The translations under genes and the position numbers were made by a program. A stretch of 37,110 bases of DNA. Origin: Stellaceae bacterium (GTDB taxonomy: Bacteria > Pseudomonadota > Alphaproteobacteria > ATCC43930 > CGMCC-115725). Numbering within the stretch: the stretch's first letter is position 1; the number at the start of each line of letters is the position of its first letter. Of this stretch, positions 8,790-17,547 are shown in pieces. Under the pieces are notes generated by a model. The model made no database searches. It was given only the letters and a program-made list of their open reading frames with translations, and was not told where the DNA came from. The stretch is from NCBI GenBank assembly GCA_035946655.1, contig DASYZD010000063.1, positions 1-37,110 of the forward strand, given 5' to 3'.

Positions 8790-9572
8790 ATGATTTCGGG
8801 AAAAAAGGTGACCATCGTTCTTCCCGCCTACAATGCGGCCAAGACGCTAAAACGCACCTACGACGAGATTCCCCGCGACATCGTCGACGACATTCTGCTG
8901 GTTGACGATGCCAGCTACGACAGCACCGTGAAGATCGCCGCTGCCCTCGGGCTCGAGACGATCAGGCACGATCATAATCGCGGTTACGGCGGCAACCAGA
9001 AGACCTGTTACGCGACGGCCTTGGCGCGCGGCGCCGATATCGTAGTGATGCTGCACCCCGATTACCAGTATACGCCGAAGCTGGTGACCGCGATGGCCGC
9101 GATGATCGCATCGGACGAGTTCGACGCCGTCCTGGCTTCGCGCATTCTCGGCCGCGGGGCGCGCGCCGGCGGCATGCCGCCCTACAAGTACGTCGCCAAC
9201 CGTATTCTAACCCTAATACAAAATATCATGCTGGGTCAGAAACTGTCCGAATACCATACCGGATACCGGGCCTGGAGCCGTCGTGTTCTGGAAACCCTAC
9301 CCCTGCAGAATTGTTCGGAGGATTTCGTTTTCGATAATCAGATGCTGGCTCAAGCGGCGTTTTTCGGGTTCAGAATCGGCGAAATAAGCTGTCCGACGAG
9401 ATATTTGCCGGATTCGTCATCGATCGATTTCAAGCGCGGCGTCGTCTACGGGCTCGGTGTCCTGAAAACCTCGGTACAGTTCCGGTTGCAGCGCTGGGGC
9501 GTGGGCCGATCGGCGATCTTTGCCGATTCGGTGCGTAACCCCCGGCCGGTCTCGATCGAGCGCACGGCGTGA
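8790..9572 (+). CDS. Family 2 glycosyltransferase (dolichyl/polyprenyl-phosphate sugar synthase-like)
   Basis: VTIVLPAYNAAKTL, LLVDDASYDST, RGYGGNQ and DxD-like HPDYQ blocks. The ATG at 8790 with an upstream GGAG is preferred over the GTG at 8757. Confidence 0.85.
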   Translation: MISGKKVTIVLPAYNAAKTLKRTYDEIPRDIVDDILLVDDASYDSTVKIAAALGLETIRHDHNRGYGGNQKTCYATALARGADIVVMLHPDYQYTPKLVTAMAAMIASDEFDAVLASRILGRGARAGGMPPYKYVANRILTLIQNIMLGQKLSEYHTGYRAWSRRVLETLPLQNCSEDFVFDNQMLAQAAFFGFRIGEISCPTRYLPDSSSIDFKRGVVYGLGVLKTSVQFRLQRWGVGRSAIFADSVRNPRPVSIERTA

Positions 9573-9669
9573 GTTTGGCGCTCCGCCGCACCCCCTCCGT
9601 CCGCGGCCGGCTGCTGCTACAGCGAGAGTCCTTTGTGCAACCGACCGATCAGGACGGCGGTTGCGACAT

Positions 9670-10941
9670 ATGAAGGCCGCGATCCGGCTGCCGGCGCTGT
9701 TCGTCCAGGCCGGCGCGGCGACGAGCGGGAAGAGCGAACTCGGCGCGGCCCTGAGCTGGCGGCCCCATAGCGGCAAGTTTCGGCTGCTTGCCGGCATTTT
9801 TCTCGCTCTGTTCGCCGCTTATGAAATCGCCTACCTCGCGATTGCCGTCGGCGGCGGCTGGCCCCACGGGCCCGGCGATTCCTTCGCCCTATGGAGCTGG
9901 GGACGTTTCCTGGAGGACCATCCGGCGACCACGATTTATGACGCCGCGACCCTTCGTGCGGCACAGCTGGCGCTCGGGATGGATCCAGGGGCGTCCTACC
10001 CGTTCGCCTATCCGCCGAGTTATCTGCCGCTGCTGTCTCTACTCGGGCTATTGCCTGGACCGGTGGCGTTCGGCGCATTGATCGCGGCCAGCCTGCCATT
10101 TTATCTGTGGGCAACGGTCGGCCGAGAGTGGCGCTCGCCCGCGCTCGTCGCCGCGCTCGTGGCGCCGACCACGGCGATTGCCGTCGTGTCCGGGCAGAGC
10201 GGGTTGCTCACCGCCGCCCTGTTGGCGGGCGGCCTGCGCCTTGCCGCCGGCTCCCGGGTCGCCGCGGGGATTTTCTTCGGCCTGTTGACCTACAAGCCAC
10301 AGCTCGGGCTCCTGGTTCCGGTCGCGCTCCTTGCCGCCGGGCTGTGGCGCACGCTGGCCGCCGCGGTAGTGACCGCGATCCTTCTCGTCCTCCTGACGAG
10401 CCTATTGTTCGGTGGCGCGATCTGGCCGAGCTGGGTCGCCGCGCTTCCCGCATTCTCGCGTCAGTTTGCCGCCGAGAGCAGCCAGATCGTTCACTTCATG
10501 CCGACGATCCTCATCGCCCTGTTGCGGCTCGGCGCCCCCCCTGCGGCAGCGCAGTTGGCCCAAGGGGCGGCAACGTTCGGGGCAGTGGCGATCGTCTGGA
10601 CGCTCTTCCGCTCCGGCCCAACCCAGCTGGCCGGCGCCGGGCTCCTTGTTGCGGCCCTGCTCGCGACGCCCTACGCCTTTGTCTACGACATGCCGGGTGT
10701 CGCCACCGCGGTGATCTGGCTGGTCGCCGAGCGCCACCGCGCCGGTGATGCCTTGGGCACAGGCGAAGTGTTGGTCACGATTCTCGCGATGATGGCGCCG
10801 ATCACGCTGGTCACCGGGACTTCCAGGTTTCCGCTCGCTTCAATCGCGCTCGTCCTCCTCCTTGGTGCGATCGTGCGGCGCTCGCGCCACCTGTGTGCGC
10901 AAGCGGCGTCGGCTCTGCCTCCACCTGCATCCAGCGGGTGA
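9670..10941 (+). CDS. Polytopic membrane glycosyltransferase, GT87/DUF2029-like
   Basis: More than 10 predicted hydrophobic helices. The LLTYKPQLGLLVP motif is typical of DUF2029 mannosyltransferase-like proteins. The start was set at the ATG at 9670; the upstream part of the tracked ORF overlaps the GT2 gene. Confidence 0.7.
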   Translation: MKAAIRLPALFVQAGAATSGKSELGAALSWRPHSGKFRLLAGIFLALFAAYEIAYLAIAVGGGWPHGPGDSFALWSWGRFLEDHPATTIYDAATLRAAQLALGMDPGASYPFAYPPSYLPLLSLLGLLPGPVAFGALIAASLPFYLWATVGREWRSPALVAALVAPTTAIAVVSGQSGLLTAALLAGGLRLAAGSRVAAGIFFGLLTYKPQLGLLVPVALLAAGLWRTLAAAVVTAILLVLLTSLLFGGAIWPSWVAALPAFSRQFAAESSQIVHFMPTILIALLRLGAPPAAAQLAQGAATFGAVAIVWTLFRSGPTQLAGAGLLVAALLATPYAFVYDMPGVATAVIWLVAERHRAGDALGTGEVLVTILAMMAPITLVTGTSRFPLASIALVLLLGAIVRRSRHLCAQAASALPPPASSG

Positions 10942-11038
10942 CCGTGCCCATTCTGGGGTTGCCTTCGGCCCCGCCCAGCGCGAGGTTTGGCCGCCGCCCG
11001 CAAGCGTTATCGGGCGGGCGCAGGCGGAGAATACGGAT

Positions 11039-11566
11039 ATGGCCGACAGCACCGGCGTGGCGACCCAGTGGCAGGACCAGCTCTATGACCTCTTGCGCCG
11101 CAACAAAATCACCCAGTTCGCCTATGTGCCCGATGCCGGGCACCGCATCCTGATCGACCGCTCGCTCGCCGATCCCGGCGCGCGATCGGTGGCGCTGACG
11201 ACTGAAGAAGAAGGGGTGGCGCTGCTTGCCGGCGCCGACCTAGGCGGCGCGCGCGGTGTCCTCCTCATGCAGTCGAGCGGCACCGGCAACTGCATCAACA
11301 TGCTTTCCCTGATCAAGGGCGGACATTTTCCGCTGCTAACGCTTGTCAGCATGCGCGGCGATTTCGGCGAGGGGAACCCGTGGCAGTACCCGATGGGTCA
11401 GGCGGTCGAGCCGGTGCTGCGAGCGATGGGGGTGATCTGCGTGCGCATCGAGGAACCGCAAGAGGTGGTCCCGACGGTCGAGGCGGCATGCACGATGGTG
11501 TTTCAGGGCGGTAACGCGGTCGCCGTGCTGCTGACCCAGAAGCTCCTGGGAGCAAAAGCATTTTGA
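11039..11566 (+). CDS. ThDP-dependent decarboxylase, alpha (pyrimidine-binding) subunit; sulfopyruvate/phosphonopyruvate decarboxylase-like
   Basis: MADSTGVATQWQDQLYDLLRRNKITQFAYVPDAG... and TTEEEGVALLAGA, LMQSSGTGN are ComD-like. GGAG lies 12 nt upstream of the ATG at 11039. Confidence 0.75.
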   Translation: MADSTGVATQWQDQLYDLLRRNKITQFAYVPDAGHRILIDRSLADPGARSVALTTEEEGVALLAGADLGGARGVLLMQSSGTGNCINMLSLIKGGHFPLLTLVSMRGDFGEGNPWQYPMGQAVEPVLRAMGVICVRIEEPQEVVPTVEAACTMVFQGGNAVAVLLTQKLLGAKAF

Positions 11567-11577
11567 GGAGCGGTATA

Positions 11578-12204
11578 ATGGCGAACTGTCCGCAAAGGGT
11601 CGACATGGCGGCGGCGATCGCCGCCGGTTTCGTCCTCGACCGATGCGAGGCGGTGCCGGCACTGATTGGCCGGCACGAGGATTTTTTGTTTGTAACGGGG
11701 CTCGCCGGGACGGCGCGCGACATTGCCGCGCTGACCCATGACGGGGTGCACATCTACACGATGGCCGGGGCAATGGGCGGCGCCGCGATGATCGGGCTCG
11801 GCCTCGCCCTCGCGCGGCCCGACAAGCGGGTGCTGGTCGCCACGGGCGACGGCGAACTCCTGATGAATGTTGGGGCGCTGGCGACGATCGCGGTCCTAAA
11901 CCCGCCGAACCTCGCGATTGTCTGTGTCGATAACGGCCATTACGGCGAGACCGGCTATCAGAAGAGCCACACCAGCCTTGGCGTCGATCTCGAGAAAATC
12001 GCTTCCGGTTGCGGCATCAAGCGCACCCGCACGGTGGCGAATGAGGCCGATATCGCCGAGGGCGCGCGTCTGTTGCGCGAGGGTAACGGCACCGCCTTTG
12101 TCGTGCTCAGGGTCAAGCCTGACGATCCGCCGCCCTACAAGCGCAACCTCGATCCGGCCGCCTGCCGCATCCGCTTCCGCGGCGCACTGCTTGGCGCGGA
12201 GTGA
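11578..12204 (+). CDS. ThDP-dependent decarboxylase, beta (diphosphate-binding) subunit
   Basis: ThDP motif GDGELLMNVGALATIAVLNPPNLAIVCVDNGHYGETG. A GAGGAG RBS sits 8 nt upstream of the ATG at 11578. The gene follows the alpha subunit stop closely. Confidence 0.78.
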   Translation: MANCPQRVDMAAAIAAGFVLDRCEAVPALIGRHEDFLFVTGLAGTARDIAALTHDGVHIYTMAGAMGGAAMIGLGLALARPDKRVLVATGDGELLMNVGALATIAVLNPPNLAIVCVDNGHYGETGYQKSHTSLGVDLEKIASGCGIKRTRTVANEADIAEGARLLREGNGTAFVVLRVKPDDPPPYKRNLDPAACRIRFRGALLGAE

Positions 12205-12308
12205 GCGACCCAATGCCGGTTAGCAACAACTCGCACGCCGGCGTTTGACCGAACCCGGCGCGAAGGGGCGAGCGACCTCTGAGGTCCGCGGGGACGGCGA
12301 GCAACCCT

Positions 12309-12350
12309 GAAAACAACAAAATCCGGCGCGGGTCGGCCCGCGCCGGATTT
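12309..12350. terminator. Terminator hairpin between convergent genes (best fit for minus-strand flp)
   Basis: Perfect 13-bp stem AATCCGGCGCGGG / CCCGCGCCGGATT with loop TCGG. The minus strand continues TTTTGTTGTTTTC. Confidence 0.75.
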
Positions 12351-12374
12351 GGCTTCAGTAGTCGGTGCGGCCGA

Positions 12375-12563
12375 TTACAGATCGGTCGCGACGGTGGTGA
12401 AGATGCCGATCAGGCTGGTGCCGACCGCCTGCATTGCGACGATCGCGGCAACCGCGATCAGCGCAGCAATCAAGCCATATTCGATCGCGGTAGCTCCGGA
12501 TTCATCGCGCACCACGCGGGTGAGAACCGAATTCTGCGCGAAACGCGCGTGCAACAAGCCCAT
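12375..12563 (-). CDS. flp: Flp family type IVb pilin (62 aa)
   Basis: MGLLHARFAQNSVLTRVVRDESGATAIEYGLIAALIAVAAIVAMQAVGTSLIGIFTTVATDL. GAGGAG RBS upstream. Confidence 0.9.
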   Translation of the reverse strand: MGLLHARFAQNSVLTRVVRDESGATAIEYGLIAALIAVAAIVAMQAVGTSLIGIFTTVATDL

Positions 12564-12612
12564 GACAAGTCTCCTCGGTTGATTGGGTGCCTCCTAGAAA
12601 ACCCGATGGCGG

Positions 12613-12628
12613 TTAAGGTGCGATTAAC
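12613..12628. promoter_or_regulatory. CtrA-box-like site TTAA-N7-TTAAC upstream of flp
   Basis: TTAAGGTGCGATTAAC lies 50-65 nt upstream of the flp ATG at 12563, in a locally AT-richer stretch. Confidence 0.5.
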
Positions 12629-12987
12629 AGCGCCAGTTGTCGATCAAAATTGTTCGGTTAAAAGCCGAACAAATTCGGCCAATAGCGGCCCATATGGAAG
12701 CATACGCAATTGGGTTCAGCCGCCCTACCCCGAAGCGTTAGGTTGTTTACCAATCCGTCGAGAATACCCCGCAAATTCCTCCGCCGGGAGTGTTTCGCTG
12801 AGCATCTCCCGCCTGTTGGGACGGCAGCCGTATCGCGGAGAAAGAGCGATCCGGCACCTGCCGGCGCCCGCCGGTCATTGCTCGCCCGCCTGACATCGCC
12901 CGCCCGCCGGTGGCGGCCGGCGAATCGATCCGGCGCGGCGCTCGACGGGCGGTACCACCGAGCGCGGCGATGGTGGTGGCCGCCGAC

Positions 12988-14259
12988 ATGGCGCCGCTGC
13001 GTCGATCGGCTCTTGTTCACGAGAGCGCGGGCGCGATATCAACAGCGCTAATGCCAATCCTCTTCCTCATCGTTTTTATCGACCTGGTCGGGTTCGGGCT
13101 GGTCATCCCGCTATTGCCGTATTACGCGCAGCGGTTCGCCGCTTCGCCCCTGCAAATGACCCTCTTGTTCGCGATCTACTCGTTGATGTCGATGATGACG
13201 GCGCCGCTATGGGGACGGCTGAGCGACCGGGTCGGCCGGCGGCCGGTGCTGATGGCGAGCATGGCGGCAGCCGGGTTGGCCTATCTCGGGCTGGCTTTCG
13301 CCACCGGGCTGTGGATGGTGTTCGCCGCGCGCGCGTTCGCCGGCGCCTGTGCCGGCAATATCGCCGCCGCTCAGGCCTATATCGCCGATGTGACGGCACC
13401 CGAACAGCGCGCCAAGGGAATGGGCATGATCGGCGCGGCATTCGGCCTGGGCTTCATCATCGGACCGGTGGTGGGCGGCATCCTCGCCGGCGGCGACGTG
13501 GCGACGGCCGACCTCGAAACCCCGGGGCTCATCGCCGCGGTGCTGTCATTCTCCGCCTTCCTCGGGGTGATCGCGCTGTTGCCGGAGAGCCTCGCCGCCG
13601 GGGGCGTGCGCGCCTCGCGCGGCCGGATCACGGCGGCGCGCGGCGCGCTTGGCCAGCCGGTGCTGGCGCGGCTCCTCGTCGTGTTCTTTCTGGTCATTCT
13701 CGCCTTTTCCGGCATGGAGACCACCTTCGCCTGGTGGGCGATCGGACAATTCGGCTGGGGCCCGCGGCCGATCGGCTTTGTGTTCTTTTATGTCGGCCTT
13801 TTGTCGGCGCTGATGCAGGGCGTCTTGATCGGCAAGCTGACCGCGCGCTTCGGCGAGGAGCGGCTGTTGCTGGGCGGGCTGGGGGCAATCGCGCTCGGGC
13901 TGCTGGCGCTGCCGTTCGCGCATGACCTGACCCGTCTTGTCATCGCGCTGAGTGCGCTGGCGCTCGGGATGGGGGCGATGCAGCCATCGCTCAACAGCCT
14001 GATCTCGCGCCGCGCCGGAGTGGGGGAACAGGGCGAAGTCATGGGCGTCGCGCAATCGGTCGGCAGCCTGTCGCGGGTGCTGGGGCCGATCATCGCGGGA
14101 TCCTTGTTCGCCGCCTTCGGTCGCAACAGCCCATATTTGTGGGGGGCTGTGCTGGTCGGCGGCGCCCTCCTGGTCGGGTGGCGCCTGCCGCGCCACCAGG
14201 CGCCGGCGGCAACCACGATGGTGCCGCGCCCGCAACCTCCGTTGGGGCCAGCCGAATGA
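12988..14259 (+). CDS. MFS transporter (TetA/DHA1-like); start uncertain (12970, 12988 or 13051)
   Basis: About 12 hydrophobic segments. LFLIVFIDLVGFGLVIPLLPYY and GRLSDRVGRRPVL (MFS loop 2-3 motif). Confidence 0.85.
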   Translation: MAPLRRSALVHESAGAISTALMPILFLIVFIDLVGFGLVIPLLPYYAQRFAASPLQMTLLFAIYSLMSMMTAPLWGRLSDRVGRRPVLMASMAAAGLAYLGLAFATGLWMVFAARAFAGACAGNIAAAQAYIADVTAPEQRAKGMGMIGAAFGLGFIIGPVVGGILAGGDVATADLETPGLIAAVLSFSAFLGVIALLPESLAAGGVRASRGRITAARGALGQPVLARLLVVFFLVILAFSGMETTFAWWAIGQFGWGPRPIGFVFFYVGLLSALMQGVLIGKLTARFGEERLLLGGLGAIALGLLALPFAHDLTRLVIALSALALGMGAMQPSLNSLISRRAGVGEQGEVMGVAQSVGSLSRVLGPIIAGSLFAAFGRNSPYLWGAVLVGGALLVGWRLPRHQAPAATTMVPRPQPPLGPAE

Positions 14260-14269
14260 GCCCGCCCCA

Positions 14270-16135
14270 ATGAGCCCGCACGGCCCCCGCATGGTCGGGC
14301 GCTCGTCGATCGGCGGCCTGCCGGAGCCCGACGAGCGGCTCGGCGAGGGACTGCGCGCGCTGAAAGGCCTTGGCCCCTATTTGTGGCCGAAGAATGCGCT
14401 CGAACTGCGGGTTCGCATCGTCTTGGCGCTGGCCCTCTTGATCGGCGGCAAGCTCGTCAACATCACGATCCCGCTCTTCTATAGGGCCGCCGTCGATGCG
14501 CTTGCCCACCCGGCGGCGGCGCACAACGCCATGGTCGGCGTGCCGATCGCGGTGATCCTCGGCTACGGCGCCGCCCGGGTCACGTCGCAGAGCTTCAACG
14601 AACTGCGCAACGCGGTCTTCGCCAAGGTCGGCCAGCGCGCGGTGCGCCAGGTGGCGTTGTCGGCGTTTCGACACATCCATTCATTGTCCCTGCGCTTTCA
14701 TCTGGAGCGGCGCACCGGCGGGCTGGCCCGCGCCGTCGAACGCGGCACCGCGGGGATCGAGTTCCTCTTGTCGTTCATGCTGTTCAACATCGTGCCGACG
14801 GTGTTCGAGATCGTCGTCGTCTGCGCGATTTTGTGGCGCCTCTACAGCTGGGCCTTCGCCGCCGTCACGCTGGGGACAATCGTTACTTACATTACCTTCA
14901 CCTTTGTCCTGACCGACTGGCGCGTCCGCTTTCGCCGCGAGATGAACGCGCGCAACAGCGAAGCCAATACGAAGGCGGTCGACAGCCTCCTCAACTATGA
15001 GACCGTCAAATATTTCGCCAACGAGACCCACGAAGCGGAACGCTACGACCGTGCGCTCCATGCCTATGAGCGGGCCGCAGTCAGGAGCGAGACGACGCTG
15101 GCAATGCTCAACGTCGGTCAGGGCGTGATCATCGCCGTTGGCCTCATCGGCGTCATGATCCTGGCGGCACAGGGGGTCGCGGCGGGGCGGATGACGGTCG
15201 GCGATTTCGTGCTGGTCAACGCCTACCTCCTCCAGCTCTACCAGCCGCTCAACTTCCTCGGCATGGTCTACCGCAACATCAAGCAGTCCTTGACCGACCT
15301 AGAGCAGATGATGGCGCTCCTCAAGGTCGCCCCGGAGATCGAGGACCGGCCGGGCGCGCCCGCGCTTGCCGTCCGCCAAGGCGGGGTCGCCTTTCGCCAC
15401 GTCGATTTCCGCTACGACCCACGGCGGACGATCCTGGGCGATGTCGATTTCGTGGTGCCGCCCGGCGCCACGCTCGCCATCGTCGGGCCGAGCGGCGCCG
15501 GAAAATCGACGATCGCGCGGCTCCTCTTCCGCTTTTACGACGTCGACGACGGCGCGATCCTAATCGACGGCCAGGACATCCGGGATATCACCCAGGACAG
15601 CCTCAGGCGTGCGATCGGCGTGGTGCCGCAGGACACGGTCCTCTTCAACGACACGATCTTCTACAACATCGCCTATGGCCGGCCCGGCGCCAGCCGCGCC
15701 GAGATCGAGGCCGCGGCGCGGCGCGCCCACATCCACGATTTCATCGCGTCGCTCCCCGACGGCTATGAGACGATGGTCGGCGAGCGCGGCCTCAAATTGT
15801 CGGGCGGCGAGAAGCAGCGCGTTGCCATCGCCCGGGTGGTCCTGAAGGCGCCGAAGATCCTCATATTTGACGAAGCCACCTCGGCCCTCGATACCAAGAC
15901 CGAGCGTGAGATCCAGGCGAGCCTCGCGGAAGTTGCCGCCGACCACACGACGCTGGTCATCGCCCATCGCCTCTCGACCGTGGTCGACGCCGACCAGATC
16001 CTCGTCCTCGATGGCGGCCAGATCGTTGAGCGCGGCCATCATCGCGAGCTCTTGGGGAAGGGCGGCGTCTATGCCCAGATGTGGGCGCGCCAGCAGGAAG
16101 CCGCCGCCCGCGAAGCGGCGCTGGCGGCAAAATGA
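14270..16135 (+). CDS. Atm1/ABCB7/HMT1-type ABC exporter (fused permease-ATPase)
   Basis: 621 aa. N-terminal LWPYLWP-type segment with 6 TM helices. Walker A GPSGAGKST, signature LSGGEKQRVAIAR, Walker B ILIFDEATSALD. Confidence 0.88.
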   Translation: MSPHGPRMVGRSSIGGLPEPDERLGEGLRALKGLGPYLWPKNALELRVRIVLALALLIGGKLVNITIPLFYRAAVDALAHPAAAHNAMVGVPIAVILGYGAARVTSQSFNELRNAVFAKVGQRAVRQVALSAFRHIHSLSLRFHLERRTGGLARAVERGTAGIEFLLSFMLFNIVPTVFEIVVVCAILWRLYSWAFAAVTLGTIVTYITFTFVLTDWRVRFRREMNARNSEANTKAVDSLLNYETVKYFANETHEAERYDRALHAYERAAVRSETTLAMLNVGQGVIIAVGLIGVMILAAQGVAAGRMTVGDFVLVNAYLLQLYQPLNFLGMVYRNIKQSLTDLEQMMALLKVAPEIEDRPGAPALAVRQGGVAFRHVDFRYDPRRTILGDVDFVVPPGATLAIVGPSGAGKSTIARLLFRFYDVDDGAILIDGQDIRDITQDSLRRAIGVVPQDTVLFNDTIFYNIAYGRPGASRAEIEAAARRAHIHDFIASLPDGYETMVGERGLKLSGGEKQRVAIARVVLKAPKILIFDEATSALDTKTEREIQASLAEVAADHTTLVIAHRLSTVVDADQILVLDGGQIVERGHHRELLGKGGVYAQMWARQQEAAAREAALAAK

Positions 16136-16151
16136 CGAAGATCGGGATTGT

Positions 16152-16265
16152 GCGTCCTTCGAGACGCCCGCGGAGCGGGCTCCTCAGGATGACGTAAGTT
16201 ATCAATGTCACGCGCCACTCCTCGTCATCCTGAGGAGCGCCCGGAGGGCGCGGCTCGAAGGACGC
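16152..16265. repeat. Composite REP-like palindromic intergenic element (114 bp)
   Basis: The outer arms GCGTCCTTCGAG / CTCGAAGGACGC and inner arms GCTCCTCAGGATGACG / CGTCATCCTGAGGAGC are perfectly complementary. Each arm also holds its own small hairpin: GCCCGC-GGA-GCGGGC and GCGCCC-GGA-GGGCGC. Confidence 0.85.
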
Positions 16266-16273
16266 GGGATGCA

Positions 16274-17260
16274 ATGGATGCGGGTCTCGCCGCTGCCGTC
16301 CGATACGGCGACCGGCGCGCGCTCGCCCGCGCCGTCACCCTGGTCGAATCGACCCGAACCGCCGATCGCCGCGCCGCCGAACAACTGATCGAGGCGATCC
16401 TGCTGGCGACCGGCGGCGCCACCCGGATCGGCATTTCCGGACCGCCCGGCGCCGGCAAATCGACCTTCATCGAGCGCTTCGGCCTCGACGGCATCGCGCG
16501 CGGGCGGCGCATCGCCGTCCTCGCCGTCGACCCCGGATCGAAACGCGGCGGCGGCGCCATTCTCGGCGACAAGACGCGGATGGCGGAGCTCGCGCGAGCG
16601 CCCGACGCATTCATCCGCCCATCCTCGGCCGGCGCGGCGAGCGGCGGGGTGGCGCGGCGCACCCGCGAAGCGATCCTCGTATGCGAAGCCGCCGGGTTCG
16701 ATACCGTCATCGTCGAGACCGTCGGCGCCGGGCAATCGGAAACCGCGGTCGCCGACATGGTCGACATGTTCCTGTTGATCCTGCCGCCCGCCGCCGGCGA
16801 CGAGCTGCAAGGATTGAAGCGCGGAATCATCGAGCTGGCCGATCTGATTCTGGTCAACAAGGCGGATGGCTCCCTCCTCGATCACGCCACCCGCGCCGCC
16901 GCCGAATACAGTAACGCGCTCAACCTTATTCGCCCTCGCGTCGCCGAATGGCAGGCGACGGTGCGCGCCGTCTCCGCCTTGACCGGCAGCGGGGTCGACG
17001 CGGTGTGGGACGAGGTCGCCCGCTTCCGCGCCGCGCTCCAGGGAAGTGGCGCCTGGGACAAGCGCCGCGCCGAGCAGGCCCGCGCTGCGCTCTGGGCCGA
17101 GATCGGCGACGGCCTCCTCGAACGTTTCCGCACCGCGCCGCGGGTCGCCGCCCGTCTCGCCGAAACCGAGCGCGAAGTCACCGCCGGCGCCCGCACCCCG
17201 GCCAGCGCGGCGCGGGACCTGCTCGCGGCGTTTTTGCGTGATGATCAAGCCAAGGGATAG
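16274..17260 (+). CDS. meaB: Methylmalonyl-CoA mutase-associated G3E GTPase (MeaB/ArgK)
   Basis: ALARAVTLVES, P-loop GPPGAGKST, AVDPSS-like AVDPGS, and LVNKAD. The start was set at the ATG at 16274, just past the REP element. Confidence 0.88.
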   Translation: MDAGLAAAVRYGDRRALARAVTLVESTRTADRRAAEQLIEAILLATGGATRIGISGPPGAGKSTFIERFGLDGIARGRRIAVLAVDPGSKRGGGAILGDKTRMAELARAPDAFIRPSSAGAASGGVARRTREAILVCEAAGFDTVIVETVGAGQSETAVADMVDMFLLILPPAAGDELQGLKRGIIELADLILVNKADGSLLDHATRAAAEYSNALNLIRPRVAEWQATVRAVSALTGSGVDAVWDEVARFRAALQGSGAWDKRRAEQARAALWAEIGDGLLERFRTAPRVAARLAETEREVTAGARTPASAARDLLAAFLRDDQAKG

Positions 17261-17519
17261 GGTCCCGCCATCCGCGCCTTGGCGATGACGAGCGCGGTCA
17301 CGGCGTCGAGATGCGGGGTCGGGACGCTGGCGGCGCGGGCGAAGGCCTGGACGGCGGTCAGGAGGCCGCCGATCTCGGGCGGGCGGCCGCGCTCGAAATC
17401 CTGCAGCATCGAGGATTTGTGCGGCGAATACACTCGATCCTGGCGACTTGCGCCGCGGCGCCGAGCCGGGCCAGAACATGGCCGCCGACCGCCCCGGCGC
17501 CAAAGACCGCTATCTTCAT
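17245..17519 (-). pseudogene. panE: Remnant of 2-dehydropantoate 2-reductase (PanE/ApbA) with large internal deletion and frameshift
   Basis: The N-terminal Rossmann start MKIAVFGAGAVGGHVLARLG begins at 17519 in one frame. The C-terminal SMLQDFERGRPPEIGGLLTAVQAFARAASVPTPHLDAVTALVIAKA reads in another frame and ends at 17245. Only about 275 bp are present, against about 0.9-1 kb expected. Confidence 0.7.
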
Positions 17520-17547
17520 CGCTCTTATCCCGTATCGTCTCGTCCCG

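Noticed and set aside
12549-12893. Plus-strand ORF of 114 aa in the flp3 / MFS intergenic region.
   Set aside because: Poor codon bias in its AT-richer first half and no motif. It overlaps the flp start and promoter region.
14255-14279. 11-bp direct repeat AATGAGCCCGC x2, spanning the MFS stop and the ABC exporter start.
   Set aside because: Short, only two copies, and plausibly a chance or slippage duplication. I can support no functional inference.
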